64,000 bases of DNA from Stegostoma tigrinum (Eukaryota), in the NCBI RefSeq assembly GCF_030684315.1, contig NC_081365.1:17112001-17176000 (forward strand), read 5' to 3'. A program made the position numbers and the translations under genes. The notes under the pieces were generated by a model. The model searched no databases, had not been told where the DNA came from, and worked only from the letters and a program-made list of their open reading frames with translations. This document shows, piece after piece, positions 50,501 through 62,870 of the stretch. The first letter of the stretch is position 1. Every line of letters begins with the position of its first letter.

Positions 50501-53500
50501 AATGTAATACATGGTAACCAAAGAACAAGTACAATAAAACAAATTGCAAGCATATATAATATCTATCACCACTGAAAGGGTGTATGTAAAAAAGGCACTG
50601 ACCAGAGTGTTTATTCCGTTTCATGCAGAAAGCAATCACAATGGCGAGTATTATAAGCAGGAGGACCACAGCGATAGGCACCACGATAGCAACAATTAAC
50701 CAGGTCTGATCTTGATTGACTGTAGAGTCAAACACTTCAAGGAATTATTTAGTAGCTGATAACCTGAGCACACAATCATTCTTCATAATATACATTACAT
50801 GGACTAATGATAGACAAGTGACAAGGAACTACAAGGTTTGAAGTCAAGGTCATGTCTTACAGTGAAAATCTCGACCCCCCGCGGGGTCTCTCGATACCGC
50901 AATCAGTCAATGAGCACTAGCAATCAGTCTGGCTAGACAAGACTTTACTCTTTATTTCTTCACACAGCCCGGTACAGATCATCCGGAAAACACAGAAATT
51001 AAGCACTTCCGTATTCCTCGGAGGAGCTGCACACACAACTTAATACAAAGACATTTTTATATTTTTCTTAAAGCAGGGTACATGGCGTGATTGCATAGTG
51101 TATTCAAACTATTACCAATCAATACATGATATTGCTTCATTGACACTTAGTTAATCCAGTAACATTAACTGGTAAACAACTTATGTCACAACACGTGGGT
51201 TACTTTTTATCTCGCTACAAAGCACCACAACATTTGCAACCAAAGGTCAGTTAGAACGGTTAGTGCTGCATTATCTTATCATTACTGCATTATTTATGCA
51301 GCTCTAGCAGAATTTACAGTTCCCAGGCTAGGAGTCATTTTGTTGTGCTAACTTGTACTGAGAAGCCATCTTGTGCCTGTATCCAAGTTTCAGATTCTCA
51401 ACAGCACCAGAATGAAGTTGACATTGAAATCAAATTCTCTCTCTTTCTCACCTGAAATGTAAATTGTTTTTTGGCCTTTTTCTGATATAATTGTCACAAA
51501 ACATTACATTTATGAACCTCCAGTGAAGTTCTGGTGTTATGTCCCGCTTTCTATTTATGTGTTTAGGTTTCCTTGGGTTGGTGATGTCATTTCCTGTGTT
51601 GATGTCATTTCGTGTTCTTTTTCTCAGAGGGTGGTAGATGGGCTCCAAATCAATGTGTTTGTTGATGGAGTTCTGGTTGGAATGCCATGCTTCCAAGAAT
51701 TCTCATGCATGTCTCTATTTGGCTTGTCCAAGTATGGATGTGTTGTCCCAATCAAAGTGGTGTCCTTCCTCATCTGTATGTAAGGATACGAGTGATAGTG
51801 GGTCATGTCGTTTTGTGGCTAGTTGATGTTCATGTATCCTGGTGGCTAGCTTTCTGCCAGTTTGTTCAATGTAGTGTTTGTCACAGTTCTTGCAAGGTAT
51901 TTTGTAGATGACATTCGCTTTGCTTGTTGTCTGTATAGGGTCTTTTAAGTTCATTAGCTGCTGTTTTAGTGCGTTGGTGGGTTTGTGGGCTACCCTGATG
52001 CCAAGAGGTCTAAGTAGTCTGGCAGTCATTTCTGAGATGCCTTTGATGTAGAGGAGAGTGGTTATGGTTTCTGGCATGTTTTGTCTGTTTGTTTGGGTTT
52101 GTTGCTGAGAAATCGGTGGACTGTGTTCATTGGGTACCCGTTCTTTGGTGTTCAGGAATTCTTGGGTGGAGAAGAACCTTCTACTAGATGTTTTCGTCTT
52201 TGGTGTAGTTCCTTGGCTAATCTGTACGTTGGTGTTCCAGGCAGCGAGACTATGGGTCTGAGGGGGGCTCGTTTTTTGTGAATTTTGGGTAGTCCGTAGA
52301 AGCATGGTGTGTTGGATCCAACTGGTTTCACTTTTTGGAAGTCTCTCTTGTTTAATTCTCCAGATTTTTGAAGTTGTTTGAGTAAGTTTCCTTACTCAAG
52401 GAGACCATTAAAGACACCAAGATAGAAGAGGATGAAATAATGGTCTCCTTTGCCGTAACAGCCCTGTTCACATCCATCAACATCAACCTGGCCAAAGAAA
52501 CACTGACTACACTATTAGAAGAACAGAAGACACATACACCAGAAACCACCAACCTCATCAGCAAGGACAACATCATCAAGCTAGTGGACCTATGTCTTAC
52601 CACCCACTTCACTTTTAATAACAAAACCTACAGACAAACCAACGGTACACCCATGGGATCTCCGATATCAGGGTTCTTAGCAGAGGCAGTAATGCAGAGA
52701 CTCGAACAAACAGCTCTGCCAATCATCCAACCCACAATTTGGGTCCGCTACATGGATGACACCTTTGACATCACTAAACAAAACAAATTAGAGGAAACCT
52801 TCAAGACCATCAATAATACCCTGACTGGCATAAAATTCACAAAAGAGGAGGAAAGCAACAACAAACTGCCATTCCTAGATGTCACAGTAGAGCGAACAGC
52901 CAATGGGGAACTTCAAACCAGCGTCTACAGGAAAACAGCACATACGGACCAAATACTGAAGTACAGGAGCAACCATCCCAACACCCACAAACGAAGCTGC
53001 ATTAGAACATTATTCCAACGAGCCACCACACACTTCAGCACAAAGGAACTATGAAGAGCAGAAGAAAATCACCTATACAGCGTATTCAAAAAGAACGGGT
53101 ACCCAATGAACACAGTCCACCGATTTCTCAGCAACAAACCCAAACAAACAGACAAAACATGCCCAGAAACCATAAACATTCTCCCCTACATCAAAGACAT
53201 CTCGGAAATGACTGCCAGACTACTCAGGCCTCTTGGCATCAGGGTAGCCCACAAACCCACCAACACACTGAAACAGCAGCTATGAACTTAAAAGACCCTA
53301 TACAGACAACAAGCAAAGCGAACGTCATCTACAAAATACCTTGCAAGAACTGTGACAAACACTACATTGAACAAACAGGCAGAAAGCTAGCCACCAGGAT
53401 ACATGAACATCAACTAGCCACAAAAAGACATGACCCACTATCACTAGTATCCGTACATACAGATGAGGAAGGACACCACTTTGATTGGGACAACACATCC

Positions 53501-56500
53501 ATCCTAGGACAAGCCAAATAGAGACACGCACGAGAATTCTTGGAAGCATGGCATTCCAACCGGAACTCCATCAACAAACACATTGATTTGGAGCCCATCT
53601 ACCACCCTCTGAGAAAAAGAACAGGAAATGACATCACTGATGCAGGAAATGACATCACCAACCCAAGGAAACCTAAACACATAAATAGAAAGCGGGACAT
53701 AACACCAGCACTTCATCGGAGGCTCACTGATGATGTTACCTTGAATGGTGATGAAACGTCTGAAAACTAACCTTCCAGCTCAGCAAGCAAACTCACATCT
53801 AGAACCTCAACCTGAGCTACAAATCTTCTCAAAACCCGCTATTACATTTATGACATTAGTCTCTCAGAACAATGTTGTGCAATATCTTTGTGGCATTGGG
53901 GCAGCCATAATTTAAAGAGATTTGCAAGAACGTCACAAGCATCAATGTATGAGCCATGACTCCATTCGTAATACTTTCATCTCTGAGTTCAAAAGTATGT
54001 AGGTTCAAGCAAAAACCATACTGGTACTTCAGTACAGTTTTGCAGGACTGCTGACCTGTCACAGATGCTGTCCAAATGCTTTCTCAGATGGATATTGAAG
54101 ATCCCACACAATGTACTCCAATCCTCAACCAACAGCGCAAACACAAATCAACTAGTCATGATCATATTACTGTTCAAAAGACAATAGGTGCAGGAGTAGG
54201 CCATTCAGCCCTTCGAGCCAGCACCACCATTCATTATGATCATGGCTGATCATCCACAATCAGTATCCTGTTCCTGCCTTATCCCCATAACCCTTGATTC
54301 CACTATCTTTAAGAGCTCTATCCATCATGCAGCTGTGTACGAATTAGTTGCCATATTTTCTACATTGCAACAGTGACTACACTTCACAAAAGTGTTCAGC
54401 TGTGAGGTGATTTCAGATGTCTTGTGGTTGTGAAGGCTGCTTTTGCACAGTAAAAAGGAGCAGGAGCAGGCCATTTGGCCCTTCAAACTTGCTCCACCAT
54501 TCAAAATGATCATGGCTGATCATCCAACTCAGTTCCTGTATTTTGCCCCTTTCATCATTTTAGCTCTAAAAATATTCAATATTTTGGCCTCAACTCGTTT
54601 CCATGGCAGAGAATTCACTCAACCCACCTTTCTGTGAGTGAAGAAATTCCAATTTATCTCTAGCCTGAATTGCCTACCTGTATGTGCAAACTGTGATTCT
54701 TGGTTCCAGACTCCCTGGTTGTTGGAAACATGCTTCCTGCATTTATCTTCTTTTGCCCTGTCAGAATCTTATCAGTGTTAATGACATCCACATCCCCCCC
54801 ACCTCCGATACTACTAAATCCTTGTGAATATAGTCCTAAACAATCCACTCTCTCTTTATATGTCAGCCCTGCTATCCCAGCGATCTGTCACAGTACCCCA
54901 GGAATGGTCTTACTAAGGCCCTACACAATGGCAGCAAGATATCCCTGCCCCTGAATTCGAAAACCTGCCTAGTGACTCCTGGTGAGAAAATCCACATATA
55001 TACTCGGCTTAATTCAAATTGTGACAGATCAGTAACTCACTGTAAAAGTATAAAGTGTTATATTTACCTGGTTTCACGGTGATGTAAAGTGAAGCATTCT
55101 TAGGCTGAGGAAGTGCTTTTATTGCAGCCAGACATGTAACTTCAGCCTCTGCACTAAGGGTGAGATTTAAAGTGCTGACGACTGTATAGAGATGTCCTGA
55201 AGGTGGAGACTTGATGGTGGTGTATCTCTCTGAATGTACAGTTGTTTGGTTTATTGTCCAGGTGATAGTTGGCTCAGGATTCCATCCTTCTGCCTTACAG
55301 ATGACGTCTGTGCTGCGGTTTGTCACCACAGATGAAATCTTGCTCTCAAAAAATAACGTTCCTTCAACTGTGGCATGATAACAGAGGAGGTTTAGTTTCA
55401 TACAGCGTTTAACCAAACATAAATTTTTCTAAACGATCTAGAATTTATATTCCCAAATTAGCTTAAGTGCTTTACTTATCTTTCACTATAACTCCTTTGC
55501 TATTGAAACTTTTTCCATTCCTTCCTTACACATAGAGTAGTGTATTTTCCATTCCTTCTTCATGGGATATGGCTATCACACATAAAGCCAGTATTTATTA
55601 ACCATTCATAACTAAATGGTGGCAGGTTTTGAATTTAAAACACTGATGATCTTTGGATACAACTGACATCTAAATGTTATCGTTTTGATGTTAGTTAAGT
55701 GCTAACCACATGGATGTCAGACTCAAGTCACATAAAGGCCCAGGCAGGATGTCATTCCCTAAAGGCCTTTACTGATCCAGTTACGTTGTTGGAACAATTC
55801 AACAGCTTTGTGGTCACTTTCTTCGATATCAGAATTTTGCCTCCTGACTTTCTGTCAAGTTATTAACCTGCCATGGTGACTTGTGGGATCATATTGTCTG
55901 CATAGCTATTGGACGTTTAGTCCATTAGCATAATCCCTACAAGATTTTACTTTGAACTAACATGCCGACAGCGCGCTGCTCAAACTGCTCTGAAAACAGG
56001 TCTTCCCAAATTGGTGTGACAAACAAACACACAACAAGAAACAAGAGTAGGCCACTCAGAACTCAAATAAAGTCATGAGCTGATCTAATTTTAAGCTTAA
56101 CTTTACATTCCTATATATCCCTAATAATCTTTCACCCCTTGATAATCAAACATCTGCCTCATTGGTGTCATTAAACACAGAAGATCAAGGCTGTGGCCCT
56201 ATTAAAGTGCGATTGGATTAAGACTTCTTGAAGCAAAGTGTCTGTCCTAATTTAGGTCTGCTGCTGATTTATTCTGTTCTGTAAAACGGCATCGCTGCAG
56301 TGCAGTGAGGTAATAGGGTCAATGGAGATTTGCTGTTGACAGAAAATGTCAATACAGCTCACAGGACAATAGGTTACTCTTTTAAAACAGCAGTATTTAA
56401 AAAATGTCAAGTTAGGATACCAAATAAACATCTTCTCAGATGAATGAAACAAAGTAAAAATACCTCTAATTGATATCTCTTTATATCTTTAATCAAATCT

Positions 56501-59500
56501 TTTGCCAATTTGTCCTGATATTTCCTTATGTGGCTTGATGTTAAACTTTGATTGATGATACTCTTGGGTGACCATGAAGCTGGTTCAGTAATGTCCTTTA
56601 GGGAAGTGTCATGTGCTGTTTTATTATGCTGTTGTTAATTCCAGAGTGAAATATAATTAGGTGCCCTCTTGGGTAATGGGGTTGAGAATGTAGGAGGGTG
56701 TGGGAGCGGAAATTATTCAGAATTGACATAAACAGGGTGGAAATGTTCTGCATGCACCTGAAATGTGTGAAGGACTATATCATAAAAGCAGAGACTACTA
56801 TAAAAGTGGAGAACCAAACAGGGATGGAGGCTCCCTTTACTTCTGTCATTGTGGAGTATGATAGCTAGAGTGGTGCATTTTGTTTGATGGTTCAGGTAAT
56901 CTTCAGACTCCTCTATCTCAATTCCCACATTTTTCATTTGCTCCACACCTTGAAGACTTTATTAGACAGGTCGTAGAATACAAGTGCAATGAAGTCTTGT
57001 TACAACCTTATAAATCATTGGTTCGACTACAGATGGAATACGATGTGCAGTTCTGGTCACCACACTATCGGAAGCATGTGATTGCATTAGAGAGGGTCAG
57101 AGGAGATTCACCAGGATGTTGAAAAGTCTCAGCTATGAGAGAGACAGGATAGGCTAGGTTTGTTTTCCCCAGAGCAGAGGAGGCTGAGGGGGGAATCTGT
57201 TTGAGGTATAAAATGTTATGAGTGGCATTGACAGAGTTGATCATGAGAGACTCTTCCCTTTGGCAGACATATCTAACACCAGACGGCATAAGTTTAAGGT
57301 GTAAAGCAAATGATTTAGAGGGGATCTGGCAAAATATTCTTCACTCAGAGGGTGGTAGAAATATAAAACATGCTGCGTGAGAGGGTAGTGGAGGCAAGTA
57401 CTCTCACAAAATTCAAGCTGCATCTGTACGAATAATTAAAACACCAGGGCATCGTCAGCTATGGACCAAGTGCAGATAAATGTGATCGGTGTAGTTTGGT
57501 GCAATTTCGTCAGATTAGACATTAGGGGCTGAAGAGTTTGTTTCTATGCTGTATGACTCTACGTCTATCACTTTGATCTTATTGGATAGACAATAGACAA
57601 TAGGTGCAGGCGTAGGCCATTCGGCCCTTCGAGCCAGCACCACCATTCGTTATGATCATGGCTGATCATCCACAATCAGTATCCTGTTCCTGCCTTATCC
57701 CCATAACCCTTGATTCCACTATCTTTAAGAGCTCTATCTATCTCTTTCTTGAAAGTATCCAGAGACTTGGCCTCCACTGCTTTCTGGGGCAGAGCATTCC
57801 ATATATCCACCACTCTCTGGGTGAAGAAGTTTTTCCTCAACTCTGTTCTAAATGGCCTAGCTCTTATTTTTAAACTGTGTCCTCTGGTTCTGGACTCCCC
57901 CATCAACAGAAACATGCTTCCTGCCTCCAGAGTGTCCAATCCCTTAATAATCTTATATGTCTCAATCAGATCCCCTCTCATCCTCCTAAACTCAAGTGTA
58001 TACAAGCCCAGTCGCTCCAATCTTTCAACATATGATAGTCCCGCCATTCTGGGAATTGACCTCGTGAACCTACGCTGCACTCCCTCCATAGCAAGAATGT
58101 CCTTCCTTAAATTTGGAGACCAAAACTGCACACAATACTCCAGGTGCGGTCTCACCAGGGCCCTGTACAGCTGCAGAAGGACCTCTTTGCTCCTAAACTC
58201 ATTTCCTCTTGTTAATGAAGGCCAGCATGCCATTAGCCTTCTTCACTGCCTGCTGTACTTGCATGCTTGCTTTCATTGATTAATGTACAAGAACACCCAG
58301 ATCTCGTTGTCCTTCCCCCTTTACCTAACTTGACTCCATTGAGATAGTAATCTGCCTTCCTGTTCTTGCCAGCAAAGTGTATAACCACACATTTATCCAC
58401 ATTAAACTGCATCTGCCATGCATCCATCCACTCACCTAGCCTGTCCAAATCACTCTGTATTCTCATAACATCTTCCTCACATTTCACCCTGCCACCCAGC
58501 TTTGTGTCATCAGCAAATTTGCTAATATTACTTTTAATGCCTTCAGCTATATCATTAATATATATTGTAAATGGCTGCGGTCCCAGCACCGAACCTTGTG
58601 GAACCCCACTGGTCACTGCCTGCCATTCCGAAAGGGACGCGTTTATCACTACTCTTTGCTTCCTGTCAGCCAGCCAATTTTCAGTCCAAGCCAGTATTTT
58701 GCCCCCAATACCATGTGCCCTAATTTTGCTCACTAATCTCCTATGTGGGACTTTATCAAAGGCTTTCTGAAAGTCCCGGTATACTACATCCACTGGCTCT
58801 CCCTTGTCCATCTTCACAGTTACATCCTCAAAAAATTCCAGAAGATTAGTCAAGCACGATTTCCCCTTCATAAATCCATGCTGACTCTGACCTATCCTGT
58901 TACTGCTATCCAAATGATTCGTAATTTCATCTTTTATAATTGACTCCAGCATCTTTCCCACCTCTGACGTCAGGCTAACTGGTCTATAATTCCCTGCTTT
59001 CTCTCTCCCTCCTTTCTTGAAAAGTGGGACAACATTAGCCACCCTCCAATCCACAGGAACTGATCCTGAATCTATAGAACATTGGAAAATAATTACCAAT
59101 GCGTCTACGATTTCTAGACCCACCTCCTTAAGTACCCTGGGATGCAGACCATCAGGTCCTGGGGACTTATCAGCCTTCAGACCTAACAATCTATCCAACA
59201 CCATTTCCTGCCTAATATAATTTCCCTTCAGTTCATCCATTACCCTAGGTCTTTCAGCCACTATAACATCTGGGAGATTGCTTGTGTCTTCCCTAGTGAA
59301 GACAGATCCAAAGTACGTATTCAATTCTTCCGCCATTTCCTCGTTCCCCATAATAAATTCACCCGTTTCTGACTTCAAGGGCCCAATTTTAGTCTTAAGC
59401 ATTTTTTTTTCTTTTCACATACCTAAAGAAGCTTTTACTATCCTCTTTTATATTTTTGGCCAGTTTTCCTTCATAGCTCATTTTTCTGCACGTATTGCCT

Positions 59501-61858
59501 TTTTAGTTATCCGCTGTTGCTCTTTAAAACTTCCCCAGTCCTTCGGCTTCCCTCTCATCTTTGCTATGTTATACTTCTTCTTTTTTATCTTTATACAGTT
59601 CTTAACTTCCCTCGTCAGCCACGGCCGCCCCCGCCTCCCCTTAGGATCTTTCTTCCTCTTTGGTATGAACTGATCCTGCACCTTCTGATTGTATCCAGAA
59701 ATACCTGCCATTGTTGTTCCACTGCCATCCCTCATAGGGTATTGTGCCACTGAACTTTGGCCAGCCCCTCCCTCATAGCTCCATAGTCCCCTTTGTTCAA
59801 CTGCAATGCTGACACTTCCGATTCTCCCTTCTCCCTCTCAAATTGCAGATTAAAACTTATCATATTATGGTCACTACCTCCTAATGGCTCCTTTACTTCA
59901 AGGATGGAAAAGTGTTGCTATTAACTGAAAGAAATCATTGGGAAATGCATCTATAAGGACATTGCATACTTGTGATTTGTCACTGTCATGTGACTTCTGT
60001 TGGAAGTGCTACCCATTCAGAGAGAGAAATCAGGAAACCTACACATGAGATACAGAATCACATGTGAGCCCTGTAATGGCCATGTCAAAATGGAGCCAGT
60101 CATATGAACCCAAACCCAGTGCTAACGTTCCATCCTCCCCTTGATCCTTTTGGGCACAACCATCCTTGGTTTCCATCCACCAACTCCATTATTTGGTGTA
60201 ACATAAGTTCCTGGCTAAAATAAGATTGGGCAGAGGATGATAAAGCAAAAAGGATCAAAGTTGTCTTCGAAATTATTAAATAAAAGCAGAAAATGCCAGC
60301 AATATTCGGCAGGTCTGCTAGCATCTGTGAAAAGAGAATGAGCAGGCTTGTTCAACGACTGATTCCTTTTTAAATTGGTCAGCATCACCCCCCGTGCTCC
60401 ATTATCACTGGCCCTGGCATTATAACTCCGAACCGCTTTGTCACGTTTCTCTCCCTTCTTGCCTCAAGGTCCAGCACATAGGATTGCAGGATTGTTGTAT
60501 TGCCAGCAGTGGCCAGGACTACACAGCCAATTAGGTTAGCCAGCCATTCTCTGAGATGGTCACGATTGAGGGGGTAAGTGTTAAGTGATTGTGTGATTGT
60601 TTCCCTTTAACTTCTTGGACCAACAGAAAGGGACCCACCGTCCCTTATCTTGTTCACCTAGAAAGTGAGAAGTTATCAGGTTTTCATCAGATTCAAGGCT
60701 GGCAAAGAAGGGGGAGTAAAAAGGCGTGTTCTGTTATAGTGTGAAAGGCATCTGTAATAAAATTATGTCAGCGATGATGGTGCAATGTAACTTTTGTGTA
60801 AGTGCTTCAAGGCCCTCGAGCAACCTTTGAATGATATCACAGAGTTGCAACTTCACTGAGTGCAAATAGCACATTCTAGAACATTCTGGATGACTCACAT
60901 AAGAGCATGAACATGAATGCGGAAAGATGATAGATTAATCTTTACCCAATGCAGGTCTAAGTCAGAGCCTGGAATATCTACATTACGATGTACAATAGTA
61001 TTTCATGTTAATGTTTAAGAACTGGGTTACTTTGAAGTCCGAGCCTGAAGTCAGTTCTTAACTTTGCTTTCTCCTGAACCAGTATGTCTCGAACCACATA
61101 ATAAAAGAATAGCATGAAGTGATAATCTCACAATCCGAGAACAGTGAAGGAGGCCATTCAGCCCATCATACCTATGCAATTCCTGAAATGAGCTAACCAT
61201 TAATATAGAAGATACAGCCTTGTCCCCAAACTTTGCACAATATTTGCTTTTCAAGTCTATATCCATTCTCTTTCAGAAGTTAATATTGAATCGACTCACC
61301 CCTCACCACCCCCCCCATTCTTGCTGGGTTTCAAATCACAACAACAAACACTGTGTAAAAAGTAAATCATGTAATTAGTATTTTGTCAATCATATTTAAT
61401 TTGTTGCCTCAATGACCATCCACAATCTTGAATCTCTCCATCAAACCTTCTTTCAACCTTCTCTGCTCTATGGAGAACAATCCCAGCTTCCCTTCTCTCT
61501 CCACATAACAGATCCTCATTTTTAATGGCAGCATTGTACTGACCTTGCACAAACAAATTTGCCTGTTGACTCCCATCAGTCTGGAGACTGCACTTCACGG
61601 TTGCATTGTTTTGCAATGTCACTGCTGAGATGATAAGTTCTGAAGTAAATGTTTGTGAAGTCGTGTAATTGCGCTGTCCAAACTGAGGGCTTGTGATTAT
61701 TGGTCGTTCTGGTGTTACAGTAAGGACAGGTGCGTCATTCATTATCCAGATAAGAATAGCCCAAGGTAAGGACACTGTGCAGTTGAATGCAGCATCAGAG
61801 TCAACCAAAACATAAGCATCTTTTGGACCATCTTCGATTTTAGTCGGCAAACACAACC
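41458..61858 (-). CDS. IGSF5: IGSF5 / JAM4-like immunoglobulin superfamily adhesion gene, partial spliced model: exons 61544-61858, 55068-55367, 50603-50719, 48874-48898, 46183-46295, 41458-41519
   Basis: All six exons have AG/GT boundaries, their phases chain (1-1, 1-1, 1-1, 1-2, 2-1, 1-0) and there are no stops. Ig1 (EDGPKDAYVLVDSDAAFNCTVSLPWAILIW..PIITSPQF..FTSELII..KCSLQ..LFVQ) closely follows recalled vertebrate IGSF5 ([49 protein letters not shown]..LTVQ). First and last exons not located. Confidence 0.88.
42075..42288. mobile_element. Penelope-related hairpin fragment (third variant) inserted in a SINE
   Basis: 13-bp TSD accatgaattgat (42062-42074, 42289-42301); inverted arms; degenerate ccgaggaagggtc..gacccgaaatgtt HHR-like motif. 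Confidence 0.75.
43200..44030 (+). mobile_element. Old CR1 3' fragment
   Basis: Degenerate ORF2 C-terminus (TRWHKLKV..WNELPE). Confidence 0.78.
46183..46295 (-). CDS. IGSF5: IGSF5 cytoplasmic exon (KISKRKTLEKTVVDEKSSGLENFGMSSESVDDLIFPS)
   Basis: Acceptor ctttttgtcactcttag, donor TCTG|gtaggt; GLENFG resembles the GNENSG stretch of IGSF5 tails. Confidence 0.85.
46666..47545. mobile_element. Penelope-A fold-back insertion in an IGSF5 intron (389-bp arms)
   Basis: 15-bp TSD cagaagatctgggtt (46651-46665, 47546-47560); arms 46666-47054 / 47120-47508; HHR motifs at 46727-46754 (-) and 47420-47447 (+). Confidence 0.93.
48874..48898 (-). CDS. IGSF5: IGSF5 25-nt juxtamembrane microexon (ESSYQDEIR)
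   Basis: Strong polypyrimidine acceptor cttttcttttcctcctag and donor AAG|gtaaac; supplies the phase 1 to 2 shift needed between neighbouring exons. Confidence 0.85.
50052..50361 (-). mobile_element. HE1-like V-SINE
   Basis: Homologous to 4826-5158. Confidence 0.82.
50603..50719 (-). CDS. IGSF5: IGSF5 transmembrane exon (117 nt)
   Basis: Acceptor gactctacag|TC, donor TCTG|gtcagt; hydrophobic WLIVAIVVPIAVVLLLIILAIVIAFC followed by basic KRNK. Confidence 0.92.
50863..51400 (-). mobile_element. Solo LTR (ERV or Gypsy type), 538 bp
   Basis: TG...CA ends with inverted termini tgaaaatct / agattctca, perfect 4-bp TSD acag; minus-strand TATAAAAA (51054-51061) and AATAAA (50951-50956). Confidence 0.85.
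51516..53840. mobile_element. Penelope-like element family B, inverted arms (minus 51516-about 52385, plus about 52395-53840)
   Basis: 13-bp TSD attacatttatga (51503-51515, 53841-53853); RT MVSFAVTALFTSI, GTPMGSPISG, WVRYMDDTF, LPFLDV; GIY-YIG; stops and frameshift. Confidence 0.93.
53724..53763 (+). ncRNA. Minimal type I hammerhead ribozyme motif of Penelope B (uninterrupted site)
   Basis: UCA-CUGAUGA-U-GUUACC-uugaau-GGUGAU-GAAAC-GUC-UGA; activity untested. Confidence 0.8.
54179..54324 (-). mobile_element. CR1 3' terminal fragment
   Basis: Near-identical to 57594-57741. Confidence 0.88.
55068..55367 (-). CDS. IGSF5: IGSF5 exon, second Ig domain (300 nt, phase 1-1)
   Basis: Acceptor catgccacag|TT, donor CCAG|gtaaat; VICKAEGWNPEPTITW...VVSTLNL...VTCLA. 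Confidence 0.93.
57586..59903 (-). mobile_element. 5'-truncated CR1 LINE (different subfamily), ORF2 with frameshifts
   Basis: [39 protein letters not shown]; (AGACAAT)n tail. Confidence 0.94.
61544..61858 (-). CDS. IGSF5: IGSF5 exon, first Ig domain (315 nt, phase 1-1)
   Basis: Acceptor tttcccttttag|GG, donor CAAG|gtcagt; Ig cysteines in FNCTV and VKCSL. Confidence 0.93.
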
Positions 61859-62253
61859 CTAAAAGGGAAATAGGTTTACATTAGATTAAAATATCCTACA
61901 GCACTGCAACAAACTGTGCCTTCAAGAAAAATGCAATTAGTAACATGAAGCCTCTTCGCCTTCAAGTGCTACACATTAGCATTTTTAAAATATATATTTG
62001 TATCAAACAGCCCAATAATTTTATTACACATCTCTAGAATAGGTAGGATTTGAGCCCTGGCTTTCTGTCTCAGAGATAGGGACACTACACAAGTCCTAGC
62101 CCTGACATTAATTTTTTTAATATCACCTTGTTTTTCCTAATCAACTTGTTTGGAAATGTTTTATGTATTTCTGGAGCAGGCAGGATTTGAACCCAGGTCT
62201 CCTCACCCAGGGGTAGGAATACTATCACTGCACCACAAGAGGGCCCCCAGTCT

Positions 62254-62870
62254 TAGACCATAAGACCATAAGACATAGGAGTGGAAGTAAGGCCATTCGG
62301 CCCATCAAGCCCACTCTGCCATTTAAATCATGACTGATGGGCATTTCAACTCCACTTCCCTGCACTCTCCCTGTAGTCCTTGATTCCTTCTGAGATCAAG
62401 AATTTGTCGATCTCTGCTTTGAAGGCATCCAATGTCCCGACCTCCACTGCACTTCGTGGCAATGAATTCCACAAGTCCACCACTCTCTGGCTAAAGAAAT
62501 GTCATCTCATTTCAGTTTTAAATTTACCCCCTCTAATTTTAAGGCTGTGCCCACGGGTCCTAGTCTCCCCACCTAACGGAAACAACTTCTTAGCGTCCAC
62601 CCCTTCTAAACCATACATTATCTTGTAAATTTCTATTAGATGTCCCCTCAACCTTCTAAACTCTAATGAATACAATCCCAGGATCCTTAGCCGTTCATCA
62701 TACGTTAAACCTACCATTCCAGGGATCATCTGTATGAATCTCCGCTGGACATGCTCCAGGGTTAGTATGTCCTTCCTGAGGTGTGGGGCCCAAAATTGGA
62801 CACAGTATTCTAAATGGGGCCTAACTAGAGCCTTATAAAGCCTCAGAAGCACATCGCTGATTCTATATTC
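62254..62870 (-). mobile_element. CR1 3' fragment
   Basis: LYKALVRPHLEYCVQFW..TRGHSLKI; (AGACCATA)n tail. Confidence 0.9.
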
